From positions 310,001 through 374,000 of the forward strand of contig CDRNVI010000015.1 of assembly GCA_977017575.1 (NCBI GenBank): 64,000 bases of DNA. The letters are read 5' to 3'. The notes beneath the pieces are model-generated. The model was given only the letters and a program-made list of their open reading frames with translations. It ran no database searches and was not told the DNA's origin. Position 1 is the first letter of the stretch; every line of letters begins with the position of its first letter. The position numbers were made by a program, and so were the translations under genes. Shown piece after piece: positions 30,926 to 41,157 of this stretch. This DNA comes from Paramoeba atlantica (taxonomy: Eukaryota > Protista > Discosea).

Positions 30926-31213
30926 ATGAAAACTACACCATTCACTATTCCTCGTGCAGGTCGCCCTAGCTTTTGTGTGTATTGTAAGTGGTGCCCCACT
31001 CCTGACGAACAAAGGGATAGATGTGTGTTTTGACTCGAGGACGGCGTCCTACAGGGCACTGAAGTCTGCGTTCATTGTGGACAAAGTCAAGTTGTTGAAG
31101 CATTGAAATACGACAGCGAATTGCTGCCTGAGAAAAGGGCTGCAACAGATGCCAAGATTTTTTCAGCTCGGATGCAGCGTAAGGTATCCCCGACCAAATT
31201 CAACATCCCGTAA
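30926..31213 (+). pseudogene. Small CxxC...CxxC zinc-ribbon-like ORF interrupted by an in-frame TGA
   Basis: MKTT...CVYC...RCVF*LEDGVLQGTEVCVHC...FNIP*. The frame stays open for 59 codons after the TGA at 31031-31033. Confidence 0.35.
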
Positions 31214-31832
31214 CCAGCGTACCTTGGATGGATTCGTATATTCTAACAATCAACATTCCAATAGCCGTTGGTTACAAATAGGCACGGAAGGTAATTCTGA
31301 TAATGAGGAAGATGTTGTTTTAACTTAATTTACGGTTTTAGTGTAGTGTATTTCCAAACATGATAGTTTAGACTACAGTTTGGGGCTTTATTACGGGACA
31401 CTAAACCCCACCCCCACATTGTCCCTTAACTCTGTGGCTCAATGGGGATTTTTGGTTTTCACGAATCTTCACAAAACTTCACGAATGTTCACAAGATTTC
31501 ACTTGATATTTGCACAGACTCTATTGATGTCAGCTGGCTAGGGTGCGTGAAAGCAGGCTAGGGTGCGTGTTTTTCATGAAATTGTATTCTGTTCTATTAT
31601 TGTTCAATTTGCTTTTGCTAATATATTTTCACATGAGAAGTAATACATCAAGCACATGTACAGTATGCAAAAAAACTGTTCATATGTTTGACACTTTTTT
31701 GTTCTTGGTGTTTCCCTGTGGCCAGGTGTGGTGTGCATTGAAGTAGTATATCAGAGTAGTGTACGCGTGGGTACTACGTATATGCCATAGAGCTTCCGAC
31801 TATATAGGCTTTCTAATAAACGTATGATTGTA

Positions 31833-33042
31833 CGCAACTCAAAAAAAAACATGTCAACAGTTTTTTTGCAATTTTGAAAAAACATATTTTTGGCGGAGAA
31901 CACTATATGCTTGGTCAAAGGGGCATAGCTCTTTCACTCTCTCTCAAAGGGGCATAACTCTTTCACTTTAAACTTAATTTTGGACTTATCCCTTAGTACT
32001 TCGTGACGCCCCCTTTCGCCTTGATTACAGCCTTCATTCGTCGAGGCATGCTTTCTACCACAGAGTAACATAGACTTTCTGGAATTTTAGCCCATTCTTC
32101 TTGGGCCCACTTCCAGAGTTCCAAAACTCCTGTTGGTGCGATGGAACGACCTGCAATCGCTCTTTTGATTCCAAATATTCTCAATGGGATTGAGATCGGG
32201 GGACTGCGGAGGCCACTCCAGAAGCGTGTACGACTCATCAGCAAAGAATTTCTTTGCCAATTTGCTCGTATGCTTCGGATCGTTATCCTGTTGAAAAATC
32301 ATACAATCTTTCTTCAGACCAAGGTCTTCTAGAGAATTTTCCAGATTGTCACGAAGAATGCGAACGTATTGTTCTGCATTCATGTTATCATCAACAAGAA
32401 CGATCTTCCCCACACCAGTAGGTGCCATGCAGCCCCATAGCATGATGGACCCCCCTCTGTACTTGACTGTCCCACGGGTGGTCCTGTCATTCAAACCTTC
32501 CCCTGGAGACTTGTAGACCCAATTGTCTCCCACATTCTCGAAGCGACAAAGTTTTGTCTCGTCCGACCATAACGCCTTTGACCAATCTGCGAAGGTCCAA
32601 TGCTGGTGTCGGAAAGCAAGCTTTAATCGCAGTTTCTTTTGACGGCGAGTCAACTTCGGCTTTTTTATACGTTTACCGGCTTGTAGCCCATTTGAACGCG
32701 GAGCATTGCGAACTGACTGGGGAGTTAAATTAATGATACGCTCTTCGCGGAGTCTCCGGCTTACAGTACCAGCGTTCTTTTCATCACCGCATACAATAAG
32801 AAGTTTCATGCGTCGAGAGCATGTCTCTGTGATTTTGCAGGGGCCGCCTTTTGATGTTTCTATATGTGAAAGATTTGTTTTGCTTATCTTAGAAACATAA
32901 CCTACGCTGAGCTTGTGTTCACCGCAAATTTGCGTACAGACTTTCCCAACTTAAGAGATTCAATGACTCTGGTGCGTATTTCGCGGGGTATTGATTTCAT
33001 TGTATAGTAAATTTAAAGTTTTAGTCCTAAGGTTCGTTTCCT
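31833..33042 (-). mobile_element. Decayed Tc1-family transposon (DD34E), 5' end rearranged
   Basis: Frameshifted transposase. Probable TIR TA|CGCAACTCAAAAAAAAACATGTC at 31831-33 and a 24 bp direct repeat at 31915/31944. No matching partner TIR seen. Confidence 0.8.
31993..33000 (-). pseudogene. Tc1 transposase with two frameshifts
   Basis: ATG at 33000 (MKSIPREIRTRVIESL), shift near 32930, WSDETK, MLWGCM, QQDNDPKH, WPPQSPDLNPIENIW, shift near 32170, then WAKIP...SMPRRMKAVIKAKGGVTKY. Confidence 0.9.
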
Positions 33043-33086
33043 ATGAAATCAATACCCCGCGAAGTACGCACCAGAGTCATTGAATC
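32957..33086. repeat. 44 bp inverted repeat (1 mismatch) with 42 bp spacer
   Basis: 33043-33086 ATGAAATCAATACCCCGCGAAGTACGCACCAGAGTCATTGAATC is the reverse complement of 32957-33000. Confidence 0.95.
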
Positions 33087-33683
33087 CAGAGTTCGATCCA
33101 TAATCAAGGAATAGCTGTAATTAGTGCGAAAGATTTTAAGAGATTACTTTTTGCACTAATTAAATTTTGTCGCTTCGTTAAAGTTTCACCCGAATCCCCT
33201 CATACCATTATTTTGAAAGTGCAATGTGAAACCGCAATGTGTACTAATTAAATGCGGAATTTTATCTTTTGGAAAACTAGCGAAAAGCAGTTCGCACAAC
33301 ATAATTCAGAAGATCAACGGTTAACAAACAACGTGCCGTGATGCGCGATATTTTTGAGGCTAGTGTCGACTACGACGACGCCATAAGAGGAACAAATAAT
33401 CTGAAATGAAGATTTCACAAAAAATAGAAATAAAATTTATTTCACTAATTAAATGCACAATGATTTTTCACCACAGTAATTATGGATCGGACGGTATTTC
33501 CACCTTAAACAAAAATAATTTTTTATCAGGGTTCGCGGAAACTTTAAAACTTTCAAGAAAGTACGTTAAAGTTACTCTATTTTTGTTTTTCTAAAAACTT
33601 TCAAAAAAAAATTTCTTTATTCTTTTTTTCTATTACACAATACACGATACGCCTCTATACAATGCACGACACTTTTTTTTCCG

Positions 33684-34100
33684 ATGGAAAAGCTCACCCG
33701 GGGCACTTTTTGTAAAGAATTCTTTGCTCAAGTACCTAATGCAGAGGGCGACAAGCAGATGGTGGAATGCAAATTGTGTCCTGAGAATAGCAAAAACGTT
33801 TTTTGACGGCACGAGGTCTGCAGACCGATTACATATCGGCAGAAAGTCATCTTCGAGAGCCCCATAAAACTTTTATCATAGCTTTTAAAAAGCTATGATG
33901 CGTGGTGCACGGAACAAAGGGAGAAATATCGCCGTGAAAATCCAACGTTGCACGTAAGTTCCCAAACCGCGACGCCTGAGCACCACAAGGATATAATAAT
34001 CTGGAAATCGGAATGTGACATTCCAACCTCGGCCCTTGAGAGCCCAATATTTCGTCACAAAATGGAATGTGCCCCACCCCACCTCGAAGAGAAAAGCTGA
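33684..34100 (+). pseudogene. Probable hAT transposase N-terminal remnant (BED finger)
   Basis: Broken frames give EFF...VECKLC...SHLREPH and IIIWKSECDIPTSALESPIFRHKM, resembling the hAT BED finger and the following WI..D..PFS.VE..F block. Confidence 0.5.
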
Positions 34101-34680
34101 ATAAACTTACCATTGAGTACGCCAAGCAAATCCGTACAAAACATGCATTGACTTTGCATTTGAATTTTCGGATTTAAGTGTATGTATGGATACATCCACT
34201 ATTTTGCATGCTGGCGAGTATGATTTGGATCACAAGAGGCGTGGGTGCTGGGAAAAAGTTGATTTATCTGCAATTTTGTGAAATTTATATAATAAAAGTT
34301 TGAAACTATTTGTTTAATTCAAGGATTTTTGAGCTTGTATGCGGGACGAATTTGAACCGTTCGTGTGTTTCGTATTTAATTAAGCCATTAGGCTGGTATC
34401 TATGTGACTTACTTATCTACATTACGTTTCTACATTGCTTATGTATGGGAAGATTTTCAACAGTTAAAGTTTTTCGTGTCTAAGTTATCATTTGGGCTGA
34501 TATCTAACTGATTAAGAGTTCGAACTTTCTGATCTCTCCAAGTGTCTACATTGTTGTATTTATTCAATAAACAAGTTTTATTGAATTCCCTTTTTGCAAC
34601 ATATTTTGTCTCTTCCAAATAGGTAAGGTTCTTCTTATACTTAACAGTAGTTGTTTCAGTAAGGTTTTTTCAAGTTTCTT

Positions 34681-35253
34681 ATGCCACGCTCTCTTATTGG
34701 AGAAAAGCTTTTGCGCAATCAAGGGTGGGACGGTACCGATACTATACTTGGAACATCTGGTTTTGGACTTTCGAAGCCTTTGGATGGGATAACGTTGGCT
34801 ACAGGAGGTTTAAATTCTGGACTCGGTGATTCTAAGCTTGGTTCATTTTCAAGGCAAGAGGAGTGGAGTCGGTCTCACCTAGAACCTTTTCACAATGTAC
34901 TCTCACGAGTAAGTGGCTTTCGAAAAAGGGCTTTATCTTCTCCGAATACAGAAATGCAACTGCCTAAAAGTGAAGAAAACAAGAATGAGCACCGATCTGC
35001 GAAAGTTAGTTCAAGAAAGCGCAAAACGAAAATGGCAATGAATGATTCAATCAATTTAAAAGGCTCACAAGTACACGAAGTTGAAGATGACGCAGATTTT
35101 CCTTTGGTTTTTTCACCACATGATACCTGCAAGAGTCGCATCTCACCTATCCTGGGATCTCGCCGAGTTGTCTATCAAAGGCAAGTGAATATGCGCACTA
35201 AGGTTCACCGGTGTAAAAAAAGTTTAAATGAAGTTCTTGGGAAATCAGAGTAG
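34681..35253 (+). CDS. G-patch domain protein
   Basis: N-terminal IGEKLLRNQGWDG...LG..G.GLSKPL, followed by W...F..VL and a Lys-rich tail (PINX1/GPATCH4-like layout). Confidence 0.65.
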   Translation: MPRSLIGEKLLRNQGWDGTDTILGTSGFGLSKPLDGITLATGGLNSGLGDSKLGSFSRQEEWSRSHLEPFHNVLSRVSGFRKRALSSPNTEMQLPKSEENKNEHRSAKVSSRKRKTKMAMNDSINLKGSQVHEVEDDADFPLVFSPHDTCKSRISPILGSRRVVYQRQVNMRTKVHRCKKSLNEVLGKSE

Positions 35254-35631
35254 TTTTTTTGTTTTCGTCAACGTTCTTTTTATTATTTATTGCAACGCGC
35301 TATTCCAATTGTAGTATTAGTACTAGCATTCATATTTCTTTTCGTCGAATAGATTTCGGGGCGCCAGTATTACTTATGGACGTACATGCATGTCACGCTT
35401 TTTCCTATTTCTTGATCAATTTGCATTCTTGTTTTAGCTAAAAAAAATTTGTTTTCTTTTTCTTTTTATCATAATAAAAGTTTTTATCATATTAAAAATC
35501 TGAGAATTATTCCAAAAAGGAATGGGGCGCCAAAGAAGTCTGCTCCTTCCCTCAGATTGTACTTGCACTCACAGTTGTACACTCAGGATGTAGTTATCTG
35601 CTTAGTTTTCTGTTGAAATATTTAATCCATT

Positions 35632-38394
35632 ATGGAGGACGCAGCTATTGGAGTACTTTTTGAGTTCGAACAATCGCTCTTAGAAGATAAGAATTGCGTT
35701 AGAATTCATCGCAAAAGCTCTGCACCTGCGCAATACGTAGTGTTTTCAGCCTGGGCGGAAAAGATTACTCGTTCTGTCACCCGAACCTCGGGGACTTTGC
35801 GTTATCTGCGCAATGAAGACGGAGCGACTCCGTATCTTCTTTTTTCGGATTCAATTTTTCGCGAGATTGTGCTTGATGTGATGGATGAAGGGGGACACAT
35901 CCTGGAATTATATGCTGATAGAAAGTTGATAAAGAAGGCTACTCCGTCTCGAATGGAAGAATTCGATGACATCATTTTTGCTTCAAATGTTTCTATTATT
36001 GCTCTACACCTCTCTCGGTCGTCCCCCAGTACAATACAAATTGCATGTGCCGTCCTAAATTCTTCTCTTCGCACTTTCAACACATGCACTTTTCTGGATC
36101 ACACTCTTACGTTTCAAAATTTAAAGGTTTTGTTCATATCTAATTCAGCTAAGGAGGTTGTGTTACATCCGCTGCGAACCAAAGGAAGCCCTATCAATGA
36201 TGGAGGACTTGGAAATATTCTTGATGAGGAAGAATGTGCACGTTTTAGCGATGTGTGTTCCAGGCACAGTATTCGTATTTCGGATTACAAGGGATCAATA
36301 CGCGCCTGGCATGCAGATTACGCAACAGTTTCGATAGATAGAATAATACGCCGCTCTGAAACAGTATCTAAATGGTCACGGGAGAATCCAATCGAAGTAT
36401 CCTTATGTGGAGGGTTAATCGATCACCTCGCTCTTCTTCAAGAGGAGTGTAATTTCGGTCAATATCGTATTACTCCTGTAGTACTTGGCTCGTTTATGAA
36501 ACTGGATGCAAGTTCGATTGATGCTTTGCACATATTCCCACAGCAACAGAGCGCTTGTGATACGTCCTTATATGATTTGCTAAAAAGGCATTGCAATACA
36601 AGCATGGGTATGAGGCTTTTACGGTTTTATCTTACTCAACCCCTCACCAAAGTTGATACTATTACTAGCAGGCAAAATATGGTTTCTCTGTTTCTGGAGG
36701 ATGCGATTCTACGAGAAGGCATTAAATCCGAAGTGCTGAGCTCTCTTCCGGACATGGACCGATTCATGAAAAAAATGCAACGACAAAAAACCTCTCTAAA
36801 AGAGATTTTTGATCTGAACAGTTTTCTTACTGGCATGTTTCGGTTAGCTACTCTTCTTGAAAACTATGCGGGAGAACAGCAGGAAATGCTGCAATGCGAT
36901 TGGCACATACCTCTAAAAGCTATGTGTGTACATTTCGAAAAATTGAGCAAATTGATAGAAAACGTCATAGAAGTGGACGAAGATCGTGGAATTAGCGCTC
37001 GTATTCGACCTCAGTTTGACGCAGCGTTGGCGGAATTGGAGGAAGCACGTCAAAGTACTTATGAACAGATCAACATAGAATACCAAAAGGTGTTGACGAA
37101 GTACAACTGGACGGAGCGTTTCGCAAAATTGGAACCATATGCACCCACTGGGGGGTTTACGTTTCGAGTTTCTAGGAAAGATGACAAAGAAGCGAGGCAA
37201 AATAAAAAATTTAATGTTCTTCAAACCTCTAAAGATGGTGTACGCTTCGTAAATTCTGAACTCTCGGCACTTAGCTCAGAATATCGAAATATATCTTCTC
37301 AGTATTCCCAGAGGCAGCGTCAGTTGGAAGAAAAATTATTAGAAACAGTGCGTTCATATCGGCCTGTTCTTGATGATGCTGTAGACCTAGTTGCTCAAAT
37401 GGATATTTTTATTTCGTGGGGAACACTTATTGCACGAAGCAGAAACGGTTTTTGTCTTCCTTCGTTTAACAGTCATCGAACTCGGCTAACGCAATTAAGA
37501 CACCCTCTGATTCAAGATCAAGGAGATGCGGTAGCAAACGGCATAGATTTTGAGCATTTTGAAGCTAGCGATACAACGTTCGCAGAGGTTAACTACGGAT
37601 CCGAGGCTGCTGAAATGTATATTATTACGGGACCCAATATGGGAGGGAAGTCAACTTTTATGCGAGCCGTTGCACTTGTCCATATATTAGCTCAAATTGG
37701 ATGCTTTGTTCCTTGTGAATGCGCGGAAATCGTCATACGTGACAGCATTCTATGCCGCGTTGGAGCGGGAGATATTATGGCTCACGGGGTCAGCACCTTT
37801 ATGCGAGAAATGCAAGAAACAGCTCACATAATAAACTGTGCTACGCCCGATTCACTTGTGATTATTGATGAACTCGGGCGGGGAACATCAACTTATGATG
37901 GATTCGGAATCGCCTGGGCAGTGGCGGAGCATATAGCCACAGAGATCCATAGTTTTACACTGCTGGCGACGCACTTTCATGAGATGACAGCATTGCCTGA
38001 CATGCTCAAAAATAGTCGCTTGGTTCGCAATCTTCATGTGACCGCGATATGTGAAACGGGGTCCTTGAGTTTTCCATACAAGCTGTTACCTGGTCCATGC
38101 TTTAAAAGTTTCGGACTGCATGTGGCAGAAATGGCACGTATGCCGGAAGAAGCCTTAAAAGTAGCTCGCGAGAAGTCACTCGAACTGGAAGGAAAAAACA
38201 CTGGCTTTAATGCGAAAGATTCTCAGAGCTCCAATGTACATTCCAATATGTGTAATATTCCTCTTGAAAAGCTAACTTCATACGCAGAGGAGTATACTCG
38301 CAATCCAAATAAGGAGATGCTACGTGCTCGTATCTTGGCCGACGGAGAAATGTGTCCTGAAGTGCTAGCGTTATTACCCCAAGGCGCCGCATGA
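35632..38394 (+). CDS. MSH2: DNA mismatch repair protein MSH2
   Basis: MKLDASSIDALHIF, IITGPNMGGKSTFMR, RVGAGD, GVSTFMREM, IIDELGRGTSTYDGFGIAWA, ATHFHEMT and SFGLHVAEMA. Confidence 0.95.
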   Translation: MEDAAIGVLFEFEQSLLEDKNCVRIHRKSSAPAQYVVFSAWAEKITRSVTRTSGTLRYLRNEDGATPYLLFSDSIFREIVLDVMDEGGHILELYADRKLIKKATPSRMEEFDDIIFASNVSIIALHLSRSSPSTIQIACAVLNSSLRTFNTCTFLDHTLTFQNLKVLFISNSAKEVVLHPLRTKGSPINDGGLGNILDEEECARFSDVCSRHSIRISDYKGSIRAWHADYATVSIDRIIRRSETVSKWSRENPIEVSLCGGLIDHLALLQEECNFGQYRITPVVLGSFMKLDASSIDALHIFPQQQSACDTSLYDLLKRHCNTSMGMRLLRFYLTQPLTKVDTITSRQNMVSLFLEDAILREGIKSEVLSSLPDMDRFMKKMQRQKTSLKEIFDLNSFLTGMFRLATLLENYAGEQQEMLQCDWHIPLKAMCVHFEKLSKLIENVIEVDEDRGISARIRPQFDAALAELEEARQSTYEQINIEYQKVLTKYNWTERFAKLEPYAPTGGFTFRVSRKDDKEARQNKKFNVLQTSKDGVRFVNSELSALSSEYRNISSQYSQRQRQLEEKLLETVRSYRPVLDDAVDLVAQMDIFISWGTLIARSRNGFCLPSFNSHRTRLTQLRHPLIQDQGDAVANGIDFEHFEASDTTFAEVNYGSEAAEMYIITGPNMGGKSTFMRAVALVHILAQIGCFVPCECAEIVIRDSILCRVGAGDIMAHGVSTFMREMQETAHIINCATPDSLVIIDELGRGTSTYDGFGIAWAVAEHIATEIHSFTLLATHFHEMTALPDMLKNSRLVRNLHVTAICETGSLSFPYKLLPGPCFKSFGLHVAEMARMPEEALKVAREKSLELEGKNTGFNAKDSQSSNVHSNMCNIPLEKLTSYAEEYTRNPNKEMLRARILADGEMCPEVLALLPQGAA

Positions 38395-38733
38395 AATATG
38401 CGAAGAAAACGTCCAGACAAACATGGTGAGACGCGTAGTAACGCACAAGAAATTACCGTAGATTTATTTTACTGTATAAGTATTTGTAGTACTGCGATTG
38501 CCTATTGAGACAGATGAACCTTCACAATACCATATACAGGAACATACGCAACAAGTTGTATATTCTAGTGTATATTGTGGTTAGTATAAAAGATATTACG
38601 TACAGTACGTAAAGACCTGCAATTACTCTGTACGTAAAGACCTGCAATTTTATTACTGTAGAGCACACGGCTGCCAATATAGTGCATCATTTACCTCTTG
38701 TATGTACTTGTCTCGCACTCTTTCCTTCTCAGT

Positions 38734-39873
38734 ATGAAAACACCTTTGCTTGCTCTCGGAAGCCTTCCTTCAAAAAAACGTAACCCCCTATGGAGGACAC
38801 GGAGGCATAGAAGCTTCTACCCCCAGCTTCCTTGGCTCATGACGAGTACACCGAATTTCATGGACAACGCTGAGCACCTCTACGGACGACGTGAGACCTG
38901 GGCTCGCCTCTACCAAAGTGACACCCCAGGTACCCCCAAAAATTGTCACAGGCTTGAGGACCCACTCCAGCTCATGCTGCAGTACATTGACTATCTGGAA
39001 GGGGAGTACAAGGAACTTTTCCGCCAATCCGAGCGGCTGGAACACAAAATTGCTGTCGCGGAGACTGTGTACGAAATGTGGCTCGCGAGAGCATTGAAAG
39101 AGGGTACCTACGTGCTACGCGAATGGCGCCACCCTCAAATCCCCCCACACGCGGAGTACATTCCCCTTCGTCTGCGACGACGACTCGAGGAACAACAAAG
39201 ATGTGAGGCGGAGGGACTTCCCCTTCCCCGGGGGTATGGTGCCACGCTGCGTCGGGAACTTGAGACCCGCACCCCGGCCGATGCTCCGGTTCCCCCCGAT
39301 GGCCCTGAACAAGAGGACCAGCTCTCGGGAAATCTACCCCACGACCCGTTGTTGGGGGCTGCACTGGCCCGAGAGGTTCCACCGGAGCCCAGTGAGATGC
39401 CGTTTCTACGTCGTCGTGTGATCTCTTCCCCCGACTCACTGCACCCTGCACTCGCGCGGTGGACGGAAAGGTGGTATCCAGAGGGCGATGATGGAATTAA
39501 ACCCCTTGCAGGAGCAGCTGCTCCCGGGGTCTCGCGTCGGGAGGAGACGCCCTACGACGCGAGCCTGGAGGACCCTCCCCGATCATCGTCTCGTGGGAGA
39601 GGAAAAGATGGTGAGCTACGCAAACAGCTCGTAGGCCGACGCGTGGAGAAACGCCCACCGGTGGCGAAAACACTTCATGAACTACGTTCGCGCACACCGA
39701 CATTTGATGCTACGCATACGTATCGTCAGAAAGGGGCACGGGATGCGCATTCCAGTGCCACAGCCGTCCGTGTGGACTGGGATACCCTCCGTCAGTCACA
39801 GGGGGACTCGAGCTATGACCGAAAACGTGCACAGGAACGGAAAATTCGACTGCAGCGTGGAGAAGGTGTATAG
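38734..39873 (+). CDS. Hypothetical protein (coiled coil, Pro/Arg-rich; possibly mitochondrial)
   Basis: ~380 aa ORF on the cluster strand with an Arg-rich N-terminus; no family recognised. Confidence 0.7.
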   Translation: MKTPLLALGSLPSKKRNPLWRTRRHRSFYPQLPWLMTSTPNFMDNAEHLYGRRETWARLYQSDTPGTPKNCHRLEDPLQLMLQYIDYLEGEYKELFRQSERLEHKIAVAETVYEMWLARALKEGTYVLREWRHPQIPPHAEYIPLRLRRRLEEQQRCEAEGLPLPRGYGATLRRELETRTPADAPVPPDGPEQEDQLSGNLPHDPLLGAALAREVPPEPSEMPFLRRRVISSPDSLHPALARWTERWYPEGDDGIKPLAGAAAPGVSRREETPYDASLEDPPRSSSRGRGKDGELRKQLVGRRVEKRPPVAKTLHELRSRTPTFDATHTYRQKGARDAHSSATAVRVDWDTLRQSQGDSSYDRKRAQERKIRLQRGEGV

Positions 39874-39989
39874 CGTTTATTTCTCTCTGCAGGATTCAAT
39901 AGCGATAAATCATTATCCATATTGATCGTTAATCCTTTTTCATATTCCATAATGGTCATTTTTTTAACTTTTCCCATTCACAACACGTA

Positions 39990-41070
39990 ACATACCCTAC
40001 CCACCTACCTCTTCTTCCGCCTTTTCACCCCTTTCCACTCTCTACCCCTCTCCCCCCCCCACCACCACCACCACCCTCCCATGGATTTCCTCCTCCACGG
40101 CACCTTCGTCACCCTCCACAAAACCCTCGAGACCCCGTTCAACCGCATCTGGTCCCTCTACCTTAACCAATCCGGTCTCCGTGCCGAGCACGCCCTCCCC
40201 CCCTCCCCCCCCCTCTCCCTCCCCCAAACCCTCTCCTACCTCCTCCACGCCCCCTCCGGCAAACCCCACGCCTTCTTCCACTCCACCCGGTTCGCCATCC
40301 TCGGCAACCTCACCCTCCCCTACGTGGGCTACGGGCTCCACCTGCTGTGGTCCGCCACGGGGCTCGCCCCCACCCGCCCGGCCCCCCTCCTGCTGCTACG
40401 GCTCACCACCGCGGTGGGCTCCACGCTGCTCGCCTACCCGCTCCACCTCATCCACTTCCGTATGCTTACGGACTTCAGCGACGCCCCCGTGGGGGCGTGG
40501 GCCACGGTGAGAGGGGTGTGGGCCCGGGAGGGGGTGCGGGGGCTGTACCGCGGGTGCGGGGTGAGTGTGCTCGGGGGGGTGGGGTACCGTGTGGTGTATG
40601 GGGCGCTGGCGAAGGGGGCGGAGAGGGGGCTGGGGGCGTACTACTATGGGGGAGGAGGGGGGGGAGGGGGGGAACAGGGGGGTGGGTTTCCCCTCAGTAC
40701 GACCACCGCGTTTGTGGTGCAGTACGGGTTGACGGTGGTGGCGGGGTTGGTGGTGTACCCGTTGGATGTGGTGCGGCGGAGGGCGATGTTGCGGGGTCGG
40801 GGAGGGGGGGAAGAGCGAAAGGGGGAGAGGGGGGAAGAGGGTGGGGGGAGGGGTAAGGAGGAGAAAAGACGGGTGGCGGAGATAGAGGCGAGGGCGGAGA
40901 CCCGCGCTGGGGGAGGTGGAAATGTCACCCTTGCGGTGGCTCGTGAGATGTGGCAGAGAGAGGGGATTGGGGCTTTCTGGGACCACGCGTTGGGGTCGGT
41001 TCTGAAATCGGTTTTACGGGGTGCGCTGATTCTGGCGTGGGATGTGTTAACGCATGATCTGCGGTACCAA
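39990..41070. other. C-rich to G-rich strand-skew inversion island
   Basis: + strand is almost G-free and C-rich from ~39990 to 40450, then G-rich from ~40490 to 41070. Third codon positions follow the flip. Confidence 0.9.
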
Positions 41071-41157
41071 GGGGATTCGGAGATTGAGCAAATTTTTCAA
41101 GAGGGAGAGACACATGAGGGGAAGCTGAAGGCAGCGAACGGGGATGTCTCAGTGTAA
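40081..41157 (+). CDS. Divergent mitochondrial carrier, ADP/ATP-carrier-like
   Basis: TPFNRI, YPLHLIHFRM, GLYRG and YPLDVVRRRAM (cf. the AAC RRRMMM motif); poly-Pro and poly-Gly/Glu inserts. Confidence 0.75.
   Translation: MDFLLHGTFVTLHKTLETPFNRIWSLYLNQSGLRAEHALPPSPPLSLPQTLSYLLHAPSGKPHAFFHSTRFAILGNLTLPYVGYGLHLLWSATGLAPTRPAPLLLLRLTTAVGSTLLAYPLHLIHFRMLTDFSDAPVGAWATVRGVWAREGVRGLYRGCGVSVLGGVGYRVVYGALAKGAERGLGAYYYGGGGGGGGEQGGGFPLSTTTAFVVQYGLTVVAGLVVYPLDVVRRRAMLRGRGGGEERKGERGEEGGGRGKEEKRRVAEIEARAETRAGGGGNVTLAVAREMWQREGIGAFWDHALGSVLKSVLRGALILAWDVLTHDLRYQGDSEIEQIFQEGETHEGKLKAANGDVSV

Noticed and set aside
18897-33000. Transposase frameshifts as sequencing errors
   Set aside because: Long neighbouring host ORFs (up to 5.1 kb) have no frameshifts, so genuine decay is more likely.
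33091-33099. GTTCGATCC, a tRNA T-loop/B-box-like motif
   Set aside because: No T-stem pairing and no cloverleaf around it.
40042-41113. Several long overlapping ORFs on both strands (Pro-rich, Gly-rich)
   Set aside because: They are shadow frames: C/G-rich skewed DNA lacks stop codons. Only the carrier frame has family motifs.
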